A DNA stretch of 64,000 bases from Dendrobates tinctorius. Lineage: Eukaryota. Under the pieces are notes generated by a model. That model ran no database searches, was not told the origin of the DNA, and saw nothing but the letters and a program-made list of their open reading frames with translations. The DNA is taken from contig NW_027361731.1 in assembly GCF_039654945.1 (NCBI RefSeq), forward strand, positions 25,668,001-25,732,000, written 5' to 3'. Both the position numbers and the translations under genes were made by a program. This document shows positions 41,822 through 51,226 of the stretch, piece after piece; position 1 is the stretch's first letter, and each line of letters begins with the position of its first letter.

Positions 41822-44554
41822 CTAAATCATCCCAGTTAGATGTCTGTCCAGCCTCTGTTTGAAGACTTCCATTGAAGGAGAACTCACCACTTCTCGTGGC
41901 AGCCTGTTCCACTCATTGATCACTCTAACTGTCAAAAAGTTTTTTCTAATATCTAATCTGTGTCTCCTCCCATTCAGCTTCATCCCATTGCTTCTAGTCT
42001 TTCCTTGTGCAAATGAGAATAAAGTTGATCCTTCTACAATGTGACAGCCCTTTAGATATTTGTAGACAGCTATTAAGTCTCCTCTCAGTCTTCTCTTTTG
42101 CAAACTAAACATTCCCAAATCCTGCAACCTTTCCTCATAAGACAGGGTTTGCAGACCGGTCACCATTGTGGTCGCTCTTTTCTGAACTTGCTCCAGTTTG
42201 TTGATGTCTTTTTTAAAATGTGGTGCCCAAAATTGGACACAATATTCCAGATGAGGTCTGACCAAAGAGGAGTAGAGGGCAATAATGACTTCACGTGATC
42301 TAGACTGTATGCTTCTGTTAATACATCCTAGAATTGCATTTGCCTTTTTTGCTGCTGCATCACACTGTTGACTCATATTCAGTCTGTGATCTATTAGTAT
42401 ACCCAAGTCTTTTTCACATGTGCTGTCACTTAGCCCTATTCCTCCCATTCTATATATGCTTTTTTCATTTTTATTGCCCAGATGTAGTACTTTGCATTTC
42501 TCCCTGTTAAAAACCATTCTGTTAGTTGCTGCCCACTTCTCCAGTTTATTTAAATCTTTTTGAATCCTCTCTCTCTCTTCTCTAGTATTAGCTATCCCTC
42601 CTAGCTTTGTGTCATCAGCAAATTTAATCAGTTTACCCTCAATTCCTTCATCTAAATCGTTGATAAAGATGTTGAACAATACAGGGCCCAGGACAGAGCC
42701 CTGTGGTACACCACTTGAGACATTCTTCCAACTGGATGTGCAGCCATTTACGACCACTCTTTGGGTCCGATCACTAAGCCAGTTATGAATCCACCTAACA
42801 GTTGCCTTGTCCATTCCATACTTAGTCATTTTTTCAATAAGGATTGTATGAGAGACTTTGTCAAATGCTTTGCTGAAGTCAAGATATACTATATCTACAG
42901 CATTTCCTTGATCCACCCAATCAGTAATACCATCATAGAAGGAAATTAAATTAGTCTGACATGACTTATCAGTTACAAACCCATGCTGACTCTGTTTAAT
43001 CACTTCATTCTTATCCAGGTATTGACATACATGTTGTTTAATAATTTGTTCAAAGATCTTTCCTGGTATAGAAGTCAGACTCACCGGCCTATAGTTGCCT
43101 GGGTCCACCTTCTTCCCCTTTTTGAAGATAGGAACAACATTTGCTCTTCTCCAGTCTTCTGGCACTTCTCCTGTTCTCCAAGAATTTTCAAAGATTATGG
43201 AGAGGGGTTCAAAAATTTCTTCTGCTATCTCCTTCAGTACTCTGGGGTGTAATTCATCTGGACCTGGAGACTTGAATACATTTAGGTTAGCTAAGTGTTT
43301 CCTCACTATCTTTCTGTTTATAGATATCCTGGATTCTTCTATTCCCTTAATAGGACAGTGAATAACAGTTGATGTTACATTTCCTTTCTGAGAGAAAACA
43401 GATGCAAAATAGGAATTTAAAAGTTCAGCCTTCTCAACATCCTGTCTTACCATTTCATCATTTTCATCCTGTAAAAATCCTATAGCATCTTTGACTTTTC
43501 TTTTACTTTTGACATATCCCCAAAATCCTTTATTATTGCTTTTGACATCTCTTGCAAGCCTCAATTCATTTTCAGCTTTAGATAATCTGATTTGTGCCTT
43601 GCAGGTTCTGCAGACAGCATTATATTCTTCTTTAGATATGCCTCCTTCTTTCCATTTTATAAACATTTTTTGCTTCCTTTTTAGCATGTGCTTAAGTTCT
43701 GTGTTCATCCATCCTGGTTTCCTTAAATGCTTCCTATTCTTCCCTCTTTTCGGAATTGTTAACAACTGTGCTTTGAGAATTTCATTTTTCAAGATTTCCC
43801 ATCCTTCCTGGACATTTTTGTCTTTAAGGATATCCAGCCATTGGATCCCTCCAATTCTCTTTCTGAATCCCTGAAAATCTGCCTTTCTGAAATCTAACCT
43901 TGACGTCTGAGTCTTCACAGGTCTTCCGCCTCTAGTTATCCAAAATTCTAAAATAGCATGGTCGCTACCTCCTAGGGTCCCAGCCACTTTTACCTCCTCA
44001 ACCATTTCCTCCCTGTTTATAAGGATTAGATCCAAGGTAGCAGTTCCCCTTGTTTTCTCCTTTACCTTTTGGAAGATAAAGTTGTCAGCAAGAGAGGATA
44101 AGAATTTCCTTGACCTGTTAGTTTTGCCTGAGAGAGATTCCCAACAAATGTCTGGATAGTTGAAATCTCCCATGACAACTATGTCATATTTTTTGGAGAA
44201 CTTGGCCATCTGATGCATAAAGAGTTCATCCATATCTTCAGCTTGCACAGGCGGCCTGTAGTAAATGCCTACAATGGTGTCCTTTCCATTGTTCTGTCCT
44301 TGTATTCTTACCCAAACAGTTTCCACAGAACTCCCAGTCTCTGAAGCTTCAATCTCTGTGCAGATATACGCATTTCTAACATACAATGCGACACCCCCTC
44401 CTCGTTTATCAAGTCTGTTTCTTGCAAATAAGTTGTATCCTTCTAGTCTTGTATTCCAATCATGTGTATTGTCCCACCAAGTTTCAGTGATTCCAATGAC
44501 ATCATATTTCTTTTCCTGTGTTAGTAGTTCCAATTCTCCTTGTTTGTTGCCCAT
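41822..44554 (-). CDS. CR1 ORF2: apurinic-like endonuclease + reverse transcriptase (910 aa from first ATG; frame is open 61 codons further upstream)
   Basis: APE motifs GITETW, VMGDFN, GSDH. RT motifs NYRPVSL, DFSKAFD, GVPQGSVLGP, FADD. CR1-type C-terminus (LVRPHLEYC, RRLRGDL). No stops or frameshifts. Confidence 0.95.
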   Translation of the reverse strand: MGNKQGELELLTQEKKYDVIGITETWWDNTHDWNTRLEGYNLFARNRLDKRGGGVALYVRNAYICTEIEASETGSSVETVWVRIQGQNNGKDTIVGIYYRPPVQAEDMDELFMHQMAKFSKKYDIVVMGDFNYPDICWESLSGKTNRSRKFLSSLADNFIFQKVKEKTRGTATLDLILINREEMVEEVKVAGTLGGSDHAILEFWITRGGRPVKTQTSRLDFRKADFQGFRKRIGGIQWLDILKDKNVQEGWEILKNEILKAQLLTIPKRGKNRKHLRKPGWMNTELKHMLKRKQKMFIKWKEGGISKEEYNAVCRTCKAQIRLSKAENELRLARDVKSNNKGFWGYVKSKRKVKDAIGFLQDENDEMVRQDVEKAELLNSYFASVFSQKGNVTSTVIHCPIKGIEESRISINRKIVRKHLANLNVFKSPGPDELHPRVLKEIAEEIFEPLSIIFENSWRTGEVPEDWRRANVVPIFKKGKKVDPGNYRPVSLTSIPGKIFEQIIKQHVCQYLDKNEVIKQSQHGFVTDKSCQTNLISFYDGITDWVDQGNAVDIVYLDFSKAFDKVSHTILIEKMTKYGMDKATVRWIHNWLSDRTQRVVVNGCTSSWKNVSSGVPQGSVLGPVLFNIFINDLDEGIEGKLIKFADDTKLGGIANTREERERIQKDLNKLEKWAATNRMVFNREKCKVLHLGNKNEKSIYRMGGIGLSDSTCEKDLGILIDHRLNMSQQCDAAAKKANAILGCINRSIQSRSREVIIALYSSLVRPHLEYCVQFWAPHFKKDINKLEQVQKRATTMVTGLQTLSYEERLQDLGMFSLQKRRLRGDLIAVYKYLKGCHIVEGSTLFSFAQGKTRSNGMKLNGRRHRLDIRKNFLTVRVINEWNRLPREVVSSPSMEVFKQRLDRHLTGMI

Positions 44555-44733
44555 GCTTTGTGCATTAGTATAGAAACATTTTAGTTTGTGATTGGTTTCT
44601 CCTTCTCCAATATTTTTTTTAATTAGATTCTTTCGTCTTTGTTCTTCCTTTCCACTTCTAATAGCAGAGTTCTCAGTAGCATTTGTCAGGTGTATGGCTT
44701 TTTCTGGTCTTTTGCTTCCCTTCCCATGTTGTT

Positions 44734-45696
44734 CTAGTTTAAAGCTCTCCTTACAAGTGTAGCAAGGCGACTTCCAAATACCTGCTTTCCAGTCTTCGTA
44801 AGGTGCACCCCATCTCTAGCAAGTAGTCCATCGTATAAGTAGTTCACTCCGTGATCCAGAAATCCAAATCGTTGCTGACGGCACCATCGACGTAGCCAGT
44901 TGTTCACCTGCAGAATCTTATTCCACCTCCTTGTTCCATGGCCATCCACTGGGAGGATGGAAGAGAAGACCACCTGCGCTCCCAGTTCTTTCACTTTCTT
45001 GCCTAAGTCTTCAAAGTCTCTGCAGATGGTTTCCAGGTCGTTTCTTGCGGTGTCATTTGTCCCCACATGTAGTAGCAGGAATGGGTAGTCATCTGTAGGT
45101 CTGAAGAGTCCTGATATCCTGTCAGACACATCTTTAATTTTTGCACCTGGAAGACAGCACATTTCTCTTGAAGTTATATCCGGTCTGCAGATAGCGGCCT
45201 CTGTTCCTCTCAACAGGGAATCCCCCATGACCACCACTCTCCGTTTCTTCTTCACAACATTTTTCTTTCTCCATCCAGGAGGACTCTGAAGGCGTACAAG
45301 GTTGCTGTTTGTTGGCAGAGTCTTATCCTGATGTATTTCTTCATCGTTTTCCTGCGTGAGAGCCTGGTACTGGTTCCTGAGCAGTATGGGTGCTGACTGC
45401 CTCCTGATCCTCCTGCTTCTCTGGGTCACATGTCTCCATTCCTCTGTTTCTTCAGGTGCACTTCGAATTTCTTCTCTTTCTGTAACATGAAGAGATAATT
45501 CTGCTCTGTCCAAGAACTCTTCACCTTCCTTAATGATCTTCAACGTAGCTAACCTCTCTTCGAGATTTTGCAACTTTTCCTCCAACAGGGTCACAAGCTT
45601 GCATTTGTGGCATGTGAAGTTTGGCTTTTCCACTGGTAAATCTGTGAACATGTAGCAAGAAATGCAGCTCACCAAATGGCTCCTGGCCTCTTCCAT
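44734..45696 (-). CDS. CR1 ORF1: N-terminal CxxC...CxxC zinc finger, coiled coil, SGNH/GDSL esterase (320 aa from ATG 45696)
   Basis: CISC...CHKC, heptad-like LEEKLQNLEERL, and SGNH blocks VMGDSLLRG, LHVGTND, DGVH. Ends RRALN*. Confidence 0.92.
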   Translation of the reverse strand: MEEARSHLVSCISCYMFTDLPVEKPNFTCHKCKLVTLLEEKLQNLEERLATLKIIKEGEEFLDRAELSLHVTEREEIRSAPEETEEWRHVTQRSRRIRRQSAPILLRNQYQALTQENDEEIHQDKTLPTNSNLVRLQSPPGWRKKNVVKKKRRVVVMGDSLLRGTEAAICRPDITSREMCCLPGAKIKDVSDRISGLFRPTDDYPFLLLHVGTNDTARNDLETICRDFEDLGKKVKELGAQVVFSSILPVDGHGTRRWNKILQVNNWLRRWCRQQRFGFLDHGVNYLYDGLLARDGVHLTKTGKQVFGSRLATLVRRALN

Positions 45697-45736
45697 CTTG
45701 AGATTTCTTAAAAAGATGAAAGATGAGCCAAAATTC

Positions 45737-46034
45737 GGCACTTGGAATATGCAAATGATCTCCTCAAGACTCTTCCCCTGGTTTCTCCGATTTCCTCTTT
45801 TCAGCTGCAACGGCCAAAACCCAGTGATCGTTGAGCTCGCGGAGACTCTTCACTTATCCCAGAAGGCACTTGGAATATGCAAATGATCTCCTCAAGACTC
45901 TTCCCCTGGTTTCTCCGATTTCCTCTTTTCAGCTGCAACGGCCAAAACCCAGTGATCGTTGAGCTCGCGGAGACTCTTCACTTATCCCAGAAGGCACTTG
46001 GAATATGCAAATGATCTCCTCAAGACTCTTCCCC
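45737..46034 (-). repeat. CR1 5'UTR: 2.3 tandem copies of a 128-bp monomer, each with an octamer ATGCAAAT
   Basis: GGCACTTGGAATATGCAAATGATCTCC starts at 45737, 45865 and 45993 (period 128). Confidence 0.9.
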
Positions 46035-46302
46035 TGATGACGACCTCCGTACCGGCCCCGGAGAAGGATGTGGTGACAACTAGGTGCGTATCTGTTGTGT
46101 TAATGGAATCAGGATCTTCTTTGCACTTGTCCACTCCCTTAGGATCCACATCGCCGCCCAGACCACATTACAGATGGCGCCAACTACAGGACAAAGATTT
46201 ACTCCTAACAGAAAACCACAAATCTCGCACTTTATGACATCACGATACAAGATTTACAACAACAAAACCAAGGTGACGTTTCCATTAAAAAATACAAATA
46301 AT

Positions 46303-46632
46303 CCCCTCCCTGTAGCGTCCGCCCTCGGGTCTCATCCCCTCCCGGTAGCGTCCGCCCTCGGGTCTCATCCCCTCCCGGTAGCGTCCGCCCTCGGGTCTCA
46401 TCCCCTCCCGGTAGCGTCCGCCCTCGGGTCTCATCCCCTCCCGGTAGCGTCCGCCCTCGGGTCTCATCCCCTCCCGGTAGCGTCCGCCCTCGGGTCTCAT
46501 CCCCTCCCGGTAGCGTCCGCCCTCGGGTCTCATCCCCTCCCGGTAGCGTCCGCCCTCGGGTCTCATCCCCTCCCGGTAGCGTCCGCCCTCGGGTCTCATC
46601 CCCTCCCGGTAGCGTCCGCCCTCGGGTCTCAT
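46303..46632. repeat. 33-bp minisatellite (~10 copies) in the probable 3' UTR/flank of gene B
   Basis: Unit CCCCTCCCGGTAGCGTCCGCCCTCGGGTCTCAT. Single-copy homolog at ~55877-55903. Confidence 0.95.
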
Positions 46633-47024
46633 CTCCACTAGTCACTTCCTGCAAACTAACAAAACATAAAAAAAATAGAAAAGTGGGTCCTGAAGGAAGA
46701 AAAAGGCAATGGTGGCCCGGGTGGGATGGGAGCAGAGGGCGGTGGTCCGGGAAGAGGGGAGCCCAGGGTGGTGGCAGCCTGGGTAGATGAGAGAAGAGTA
46801 CGGTGGCCCAATGAGAGGGAAGCCGAGGGCAGTGGTGGTGGCCCGGGAAACGGGGCCGAGAGCGGCGGCAGCCTAGAAAAGAGGGGGCCCAGAGCGGCGG
46901 CAGCAGCATCCTGGGAAAGGGGGGCCGAGGTCAGTGGCGGCCCGGGGAGCATTAGGCGACTCTACTTGTAGGAGTCATCTCCAGATGAGACGCTCCATCC
47001 ACGAGTGCTCATCAGTCACAGCGC

Positions 47025-47496
47025 ATAGCAGGCTGCCACCATGATTAGCGCTGCCCGGTGACTGCCGGTCCCACATGATCGGTTCCTCCCAGCATGCCAT
47101 GGGGCAGGTGTCGCTCAGCAGCCATGTTTTCTTTTCCTGTGTGCTCTCAGTCCGGCGGCGGACTGGAAGGCTCTCCCGCACTCCTCGCACTCGTGCAGCG
47201 TCTTGTCCAGGTGCTGCGCCTGGTGACTCTCCAGATCGGTTTCTGTGGTGAAGCAGGTGCCGCAGATCTCGCAGCAGAGCATTACCTCCATGTGACGCTC
47301 TGCAGATCCCAGCTCGCGGTTACAGTTCAGCTTTTCTTTCCGCCTTATTCTTTTTGTCGTCTTCCTTGTGAGCGTGGAAACATCAGGGAGCACAAGAGTC
47401 ATGGAGGCTTCGTCCTCCCCCCCTGCAGCGAGGCCGTCGCAGTCTGCACCACGGACCGTACCTGACAAAGAGAGCGAGATCATCAGGATCCTGCAG
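47025..47496. repeat. 472-bp direct duplicate, apparently identical to 56835-57306 (zinc-finger exon plus short flanks)
   Basis: Line-by-line match at offset 9810 from ATAGCAGGCTGCCACC to CAGGATCCTGCAG, with abrupt divergence outside. Confidence 0.93.
47115..47461 (-). CDS. Gene B terminal coding exon: basic patch + two C2H2 zinc fingers
   Basis: Acceptor CTCTCTTTGTCAG| at 47462. CEICGTCFTTETDLESHQAQH (C-x2-C-x12-H-x3-H) and CEECGRAFQSAAGLRAHRKRKH (C-x2-C-x12-H-x4-H). RKTTKRIRRK is NLS-like. Confidence 0.85.
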
Positions 47497-49600
47497 CTTG
47501 AGGCGCGACTAGAGGACACAACGCTCAACCGCAGCTCTATATGGACTGGAGTATATATGTGCGTCCACGGCTCTAGAAGTGACCGGAGCATATGTCGTAC
47601 CCACAGCAATAAATGTGACCACTTATTGACACTCTATAGAGGTCTCTCCCTTCCCCGAGGCTGCACTGTACCATACACCGCCAATGTCACCGACGACACG
47701 GAGGCATCCGCACCTCTCGCTGCTGGTTCGGTGGCTGCAGAGCATTATGGGATATCAGCCAAGCTGCTGGCAGTGAAAGCAGACATATGAGTGCAGCTAT
47801 GGCTGTGACTAGAGTGGAAGATGATATAACAGATATTATACATATGATGATATATGATGACTAGTACCTGTGATGGGGGTGGTCTCTTCCCCCTCAGAGC
47901 CCCCGCTGACCCCTCCGCCAGATTCGGGTACTTCATTCTCATCTAGATATAAAGATAAATGTGGGATGAAGCACCAATATAGCTCTGTATGTGACGAGCA
48001 GCAGAAGTGTGAGCGCAGCTGGGTATGTGACGAGCAGCAGAAGTGTGAGCGCAGCTGGGTATGTGACGAGCAGCAGAAGTGTGAGCGCAGCTGGGTATGT
48101 GACGAGCAGCAGAAGTGTGAGCGCAGCTGGGTATGTGACGAGCAGCAGAAGTGTGAGCGCAGCTGGGTATGTGACGAGCAGCAGAAGTGTGAGCGCAGCT
48201 GGGTATGTGACGAGCAGCAGAAGTGTGAGCGCAGCTGGGTATGTGACGAGCAGCAGAAGTGTGAGCGCAGCTGGGTATGTGACGAGCAGCAGAAGTGTGA
48301 GCGCAGCTGGGTATGTGACGAGCAGCAGAAGTGTGAGCGCAGCTGGGTATGTGACGAGCAGCAGAAGTGTGAGCGCAGCTGGGTATGTGACGAGCAGCAG
48401 AAGTGTGAGCGCAGCTCGGTATGTGACGAGCAGCAGAAGTGTGAGCGCAGCTCGGTATGTGACGAGCAGCAGAAGTGTGAGCGCAGCTCTGTATGTGACG
48501 AGCAGCAGAAGTGTGAGCGCAGCTGGGTATGTGACGAGCAGCAGAAGTGTGAGCGCAGCTGGGTATGTGACGAGCAGCAGAAGTGTGAGCGCAGCTGGGT
48601 ATGTGACGAGCAGCAGAAGTGTGAGCGCAGCTCGGTATGTGACGAGCAGCAGAAGTGTGAGCGCAGCTCGGTATGTGACGAGCAGCAGAAGTGTGAGCGC
48701 AGCTCGGTATGTGACGAGCAGCAGAAGTGTGAGCGCAGCTCGGTATGTGACGAGCAGCAGAAGTGTGAGCGCAGCTGGGTATGTGACGAGCAGCAGAATC
48801 GTGGAATGTTAGAAGGGACATCCAGGGTAATCGTGTCTCACCCCCTGCCCAATGTAGGAGTCACTAAACCCTCTCAGATGTCTGTCCAGCTTCTGAAGAC
48901 TTCCACTGAAGAACGGCCCAGACCTGAACCTAAGGGACAATCTGTGGTGACCTGAAGGGGGCGCTGTACACAGGAGATGCCCACGCAAATCAGATAGATG
49001 TGGAGCTGCTGCAAGGAGGCGGCCGCAATCATTGCCAATTCTCGATGTGCCGTGCTGATAGACACCGACCCAAAAACACTGAACACTGCCAGAAACTCAC
49101 AAGGGACTGTAACACAGCATTAGTATAAGGGTGTGGAGATTTATGCAACTGCATCATGTTAATCTACTTTTTCCACCCAAAGAGATTTCACTTCAATTTT
49201 CATTGCATTTGTACAGATTATGGGCAACACTAAAGGTGGGAAAAGTTCTGAAATCATTGTTCTTGGTGGGATTTTTTTTTAATCAGGGGTGTGTAGACTT
49301 TTCCTATCCACTGTAGGGATAGTCAGTGATGTGTGTGGCGGATCAGCGGCCATCATCCAATTGCTGTGACTCGTTACCTCTTCTCCGGACCGTGCAGAGG
49401 ATGCTGGCGATCTTAGTGGGGCGCCCGCTCCGGGGACGGGAGGAGACGGTATTGAAAGTCTTCCACTTGTAGATGATCTGCCGGACGGTGGACCGGTGCA
49501 GGTCACACACTTTGCTGATGGTCTTATAACCCTTCCCGGCCTCGTGGGCCTCCACCACCTTCCTCCGCACCTCGTCAGAGATCTCCTTGGATCGGGGCAT
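47115..49600 (-). CDS. Gene B: spliced Tc1-transposase HTH - acidic linker - 2x C2H2 zinc-finger fusion protein, predicted 214 aa; join(49600-49378, 47942-47868, 47461-47115)
   Basis: Exon lengths 223+75+347=645 nt, all junctions phase 1 with GT-AG, no stops until TGA 47117-47115. Paralog A has the same architecture. Caveat: a competing acceptor at 49311 would truncate the product. Confidence 0.72.
47868..47942 (-). CDS. Gene B linker exon (75 nt, DENEVPESGGGVSGGSEGEETTPIT)
   Basis: Acceptor TTTATCTTTATATCTAG| at 47943, donor CAG|GTACTA at 47867. Symmetric phase 1, resembles gene A exon ENE...EGEE. Confidence 0.65.
47981..48798. repeat. 36-bp minisatellite (~23 copies), intronic in gene B
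   Basis: Unit GTATGTGACGAGCAGCAGAAGTGTGAGCGCAGCT(G/C)G. Shares CAGCAGAAnnGTGAGYGCAGCT with the large satellite. Confidence 0.95.
48797..48912 (-). mobile_element. Decayed CR1 3'-end fragment
   Basis: AGATGTCTGTCCAGC..GAAGACTTCCA.TGAAG and AGAATCGT..GAAGGGAC align to the intact CR1 3' end at 41755-41880. Confidence 0.75.
48915..49313 (+). mobile_element. Decayed Tc1-like transposon, 3' end (transposase C-terminus + right TIR, TA at 49314-49315)
   Basis: Frameshifted remnant of SPDLNPIENLW-DLK-AVHRRCP...CKE...SRCAVLID (48916-49123). Terminus GGGGTGTGTAGACTTTTCCTATCCACTG-TA has the Tc1 CAGTG/CACTG end. Confidence 0.8.
49378..49600 (-). CDS. Gene B coding exon 1: Tc1/mariner transposase N-terminal paired-like HTH (PAI) + RSGRPTK linker
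   Basis: MPRSKEISDEVRRKVVEAHEAGKGYKTISKVCDLHRSTVRQIIYKWKTFNTVSSRPRSGRPTK. Acceptor TGCAG|CCAGGAACCATG at 49610, donor AGAG|GTAACG at 49377. Confidence 0.82.
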
Positions 49601-49704
49601 GGTTCCTGGCTGCAAAGCACCTGGAGGGGAGTGCTGGATGGGGGAACGACTGCACCCGGGAAATCAGAGCAACTGTCCTCACAATTCCATGACCTGTGGA
49701 GACA

Positions 49705-51226
49705 CAACGATAAGAAAAACTAAGTACACCCTTACTGCTTCTGTAGGAATGAAGAGGGCAGGAAGCAGCGGGGTACTGCCAATCACATCCCTGATCAACT
49801 GTCCATCAGTCAGTGTGAGCACTGCTATAAAAGCAGAAGTTCTGGCAGTTTGCTGGCCTGGAGCATTCAGGCGAGTATTACCACAATGTCAATGGGGACA
49901 GACATCAGCCCTGACCTCAGAGAAGCCATTTATAGACAAGCTGGAGTCCACAGTGAGAAACATTCAATATGGCTGACAATCTTTCATCCTCCTAAAGTAG
50001 TAGTGGACGTTCCAGCAAATTCAACCTGAGATCAGCCGTGCAATGCTCAGAGAAAGTGCAATAAGCCCAAGAGCTATAGCTCAGTCTCTAAAGGCCTGTT
50101 AAATAATTATGTTATGGCTGTGATGGAAGGGTCGGAGGAGAAAGCCTCTTCTTTCGATAAATAATCTGGCTAGTTTGGAAGCTACAAGATTTCTGGATTG
50201 CTGCACTTTGGAGAGACAAGTAGGTGCGCGCGGGGCCGCAAGAGAGCGGAGCGGGAAGGTGCGCGCGGGGCCGCAAGAGAGCGGAGCGGGAAGGTGAGCG
50301 CGGGGCCGCAAGAGAGCGGAGCGGGAAGGTGAGCGCGGGGCCGCAAGAGAGCGGAGCGGGAAGGTGAGCGCGGGGCCGCAAGAGAGCGGAGCGGGAAGGT
50401 GAGCGCGGGGCCGCAAGAGAGCGGAGCGGGAAGGTGAGCGCGGGGCCGCAAGAGAGCGGAGCGGGAAGGTGAGCGCGGGGCCGCAAGAGAGCGGAGCGGG
50501 AAGGTGAGCGCGGGGCCGCAAGAGAGCGGAGCGGGAAGGTGAGCGCGGGGCCGCAAGAGAGCGGAGCGGGAAGGTGAGCGCGGGGCCGCAAGAGAGAGGA
50601 GCGGGAAGGTGAGCGCGGGGCCGCAAGAGAGCGGAGCGGGAAGGTGAGCGCGGGGCCGCAAGAGAGCGGAGCGGGAAGGTGAGCGCGGGGCCGCAAGAGA
50701 GCGGAGCGGGAAGGTGAGCGCGGGGCCGCAAGAGAGCGGAGCGGGAAGGTGAGCGCGGGGCCGCAAGAGAGCGGAGCGGGAAGGTGAGCGCGGGGCCGCA
50801 AGAGAGCGGAGCGGGAAGGTGAGCGCGGGGCCGCAAGAGAGCGGAGCGGGAAGGTGAGCGCGGGGCCGCAAGAGAGCGGAGCGGGAAGGTGAGCGCGGGG
50901 CCGCAAGAGAGCGGAGCGGGAAGGTGAGCGCGGGGCCACAAGAGAGCGGCATAGTAAGTGCACGGAAAAATATAACCAATAACAGCTGCAGTCCATCCAG
51001 GAGCGGGGGGCGGACAGGCGTCCAGAAAAGCATCACAGCAGATATCGCTGCCACAGGAGGCGCTAGAGCTCCAGGTCAGGGGTGTACTCACTTCTCACTC
51101 TGCAGCCTCTGCACATAATCCCTGGCGTGACCCGTCCTGCGCTTCATCTGGTGATAACTATAACGACCAGAGATTTATTCCATTCTGATACCTCAGAGGG
51201 TGTACTCACTTCTTCTCATAACTGCA
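49705..51226 (+). mobile_element. Decayed, internally deleted IR/DR-type Tc1 transposon in intron 1 of gene B
   Basis: Left inner repeat AAAAACTAAGTACACCCT 49715-49732, TATAAAAGCAGAAG promoter, degenerate transposase 5' part (..DISPDLREAI.., SGRSSKF...AMLRE...PRA, RRKPLL) ~49886-50220, right repeats GGGTGTACTCACTTCT at 51080-51095 and 51198-51213, ending ..ATAACTG-CA. Confidence 0.72.
50223..50949. repeat. 35-bp GC-rich minisatellite (~21 near-identical copies) inside the Tc1 relic
   Basis: Unit GGGAAGGTGAGCGCGGGGCCGCAAGAGAGCGGAGC. Confidence 0.96.

Larger units (their letters stand above)
41744..46034 (-). mobile_element. Full-length, apparently intact CR1-clade LINE (~4.3 kb)
   Basis: 3' tail (ATTCTATG)n at 41744-41760 with a typical CR1 3'UTR (GGTCCCTTCCAAC), uninterrupted ORF1 and ORF2, tandem-repeat 5'UTR, and a short TSD TGAT at 41740-41743 and 46035-46038. 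Confidence 0.95.

Noticed and set aside
48836-48951. Possible extra gene B exon (acceptor CCCCCTTCAG at 48952)
   Set aside because: Made of antisense Tc1 and CR1 debris with no counterpart in gene A and only a weak donor.
47870-48955. Cys-rich CDEQQKCERSWV repeat protein
   Set aside because: 36-bp minisatellite open in several frames, antisense and intronic to gene B.
49378-49600. HTH exons as ordinary Tc1 debris or an autonomous transposase
   Set aside because: Homology stops at a shared splice donor, no DDE domain or TIR follows, and the frame is intact with synonymous-rich divergence, unlike the neighbouring relics.
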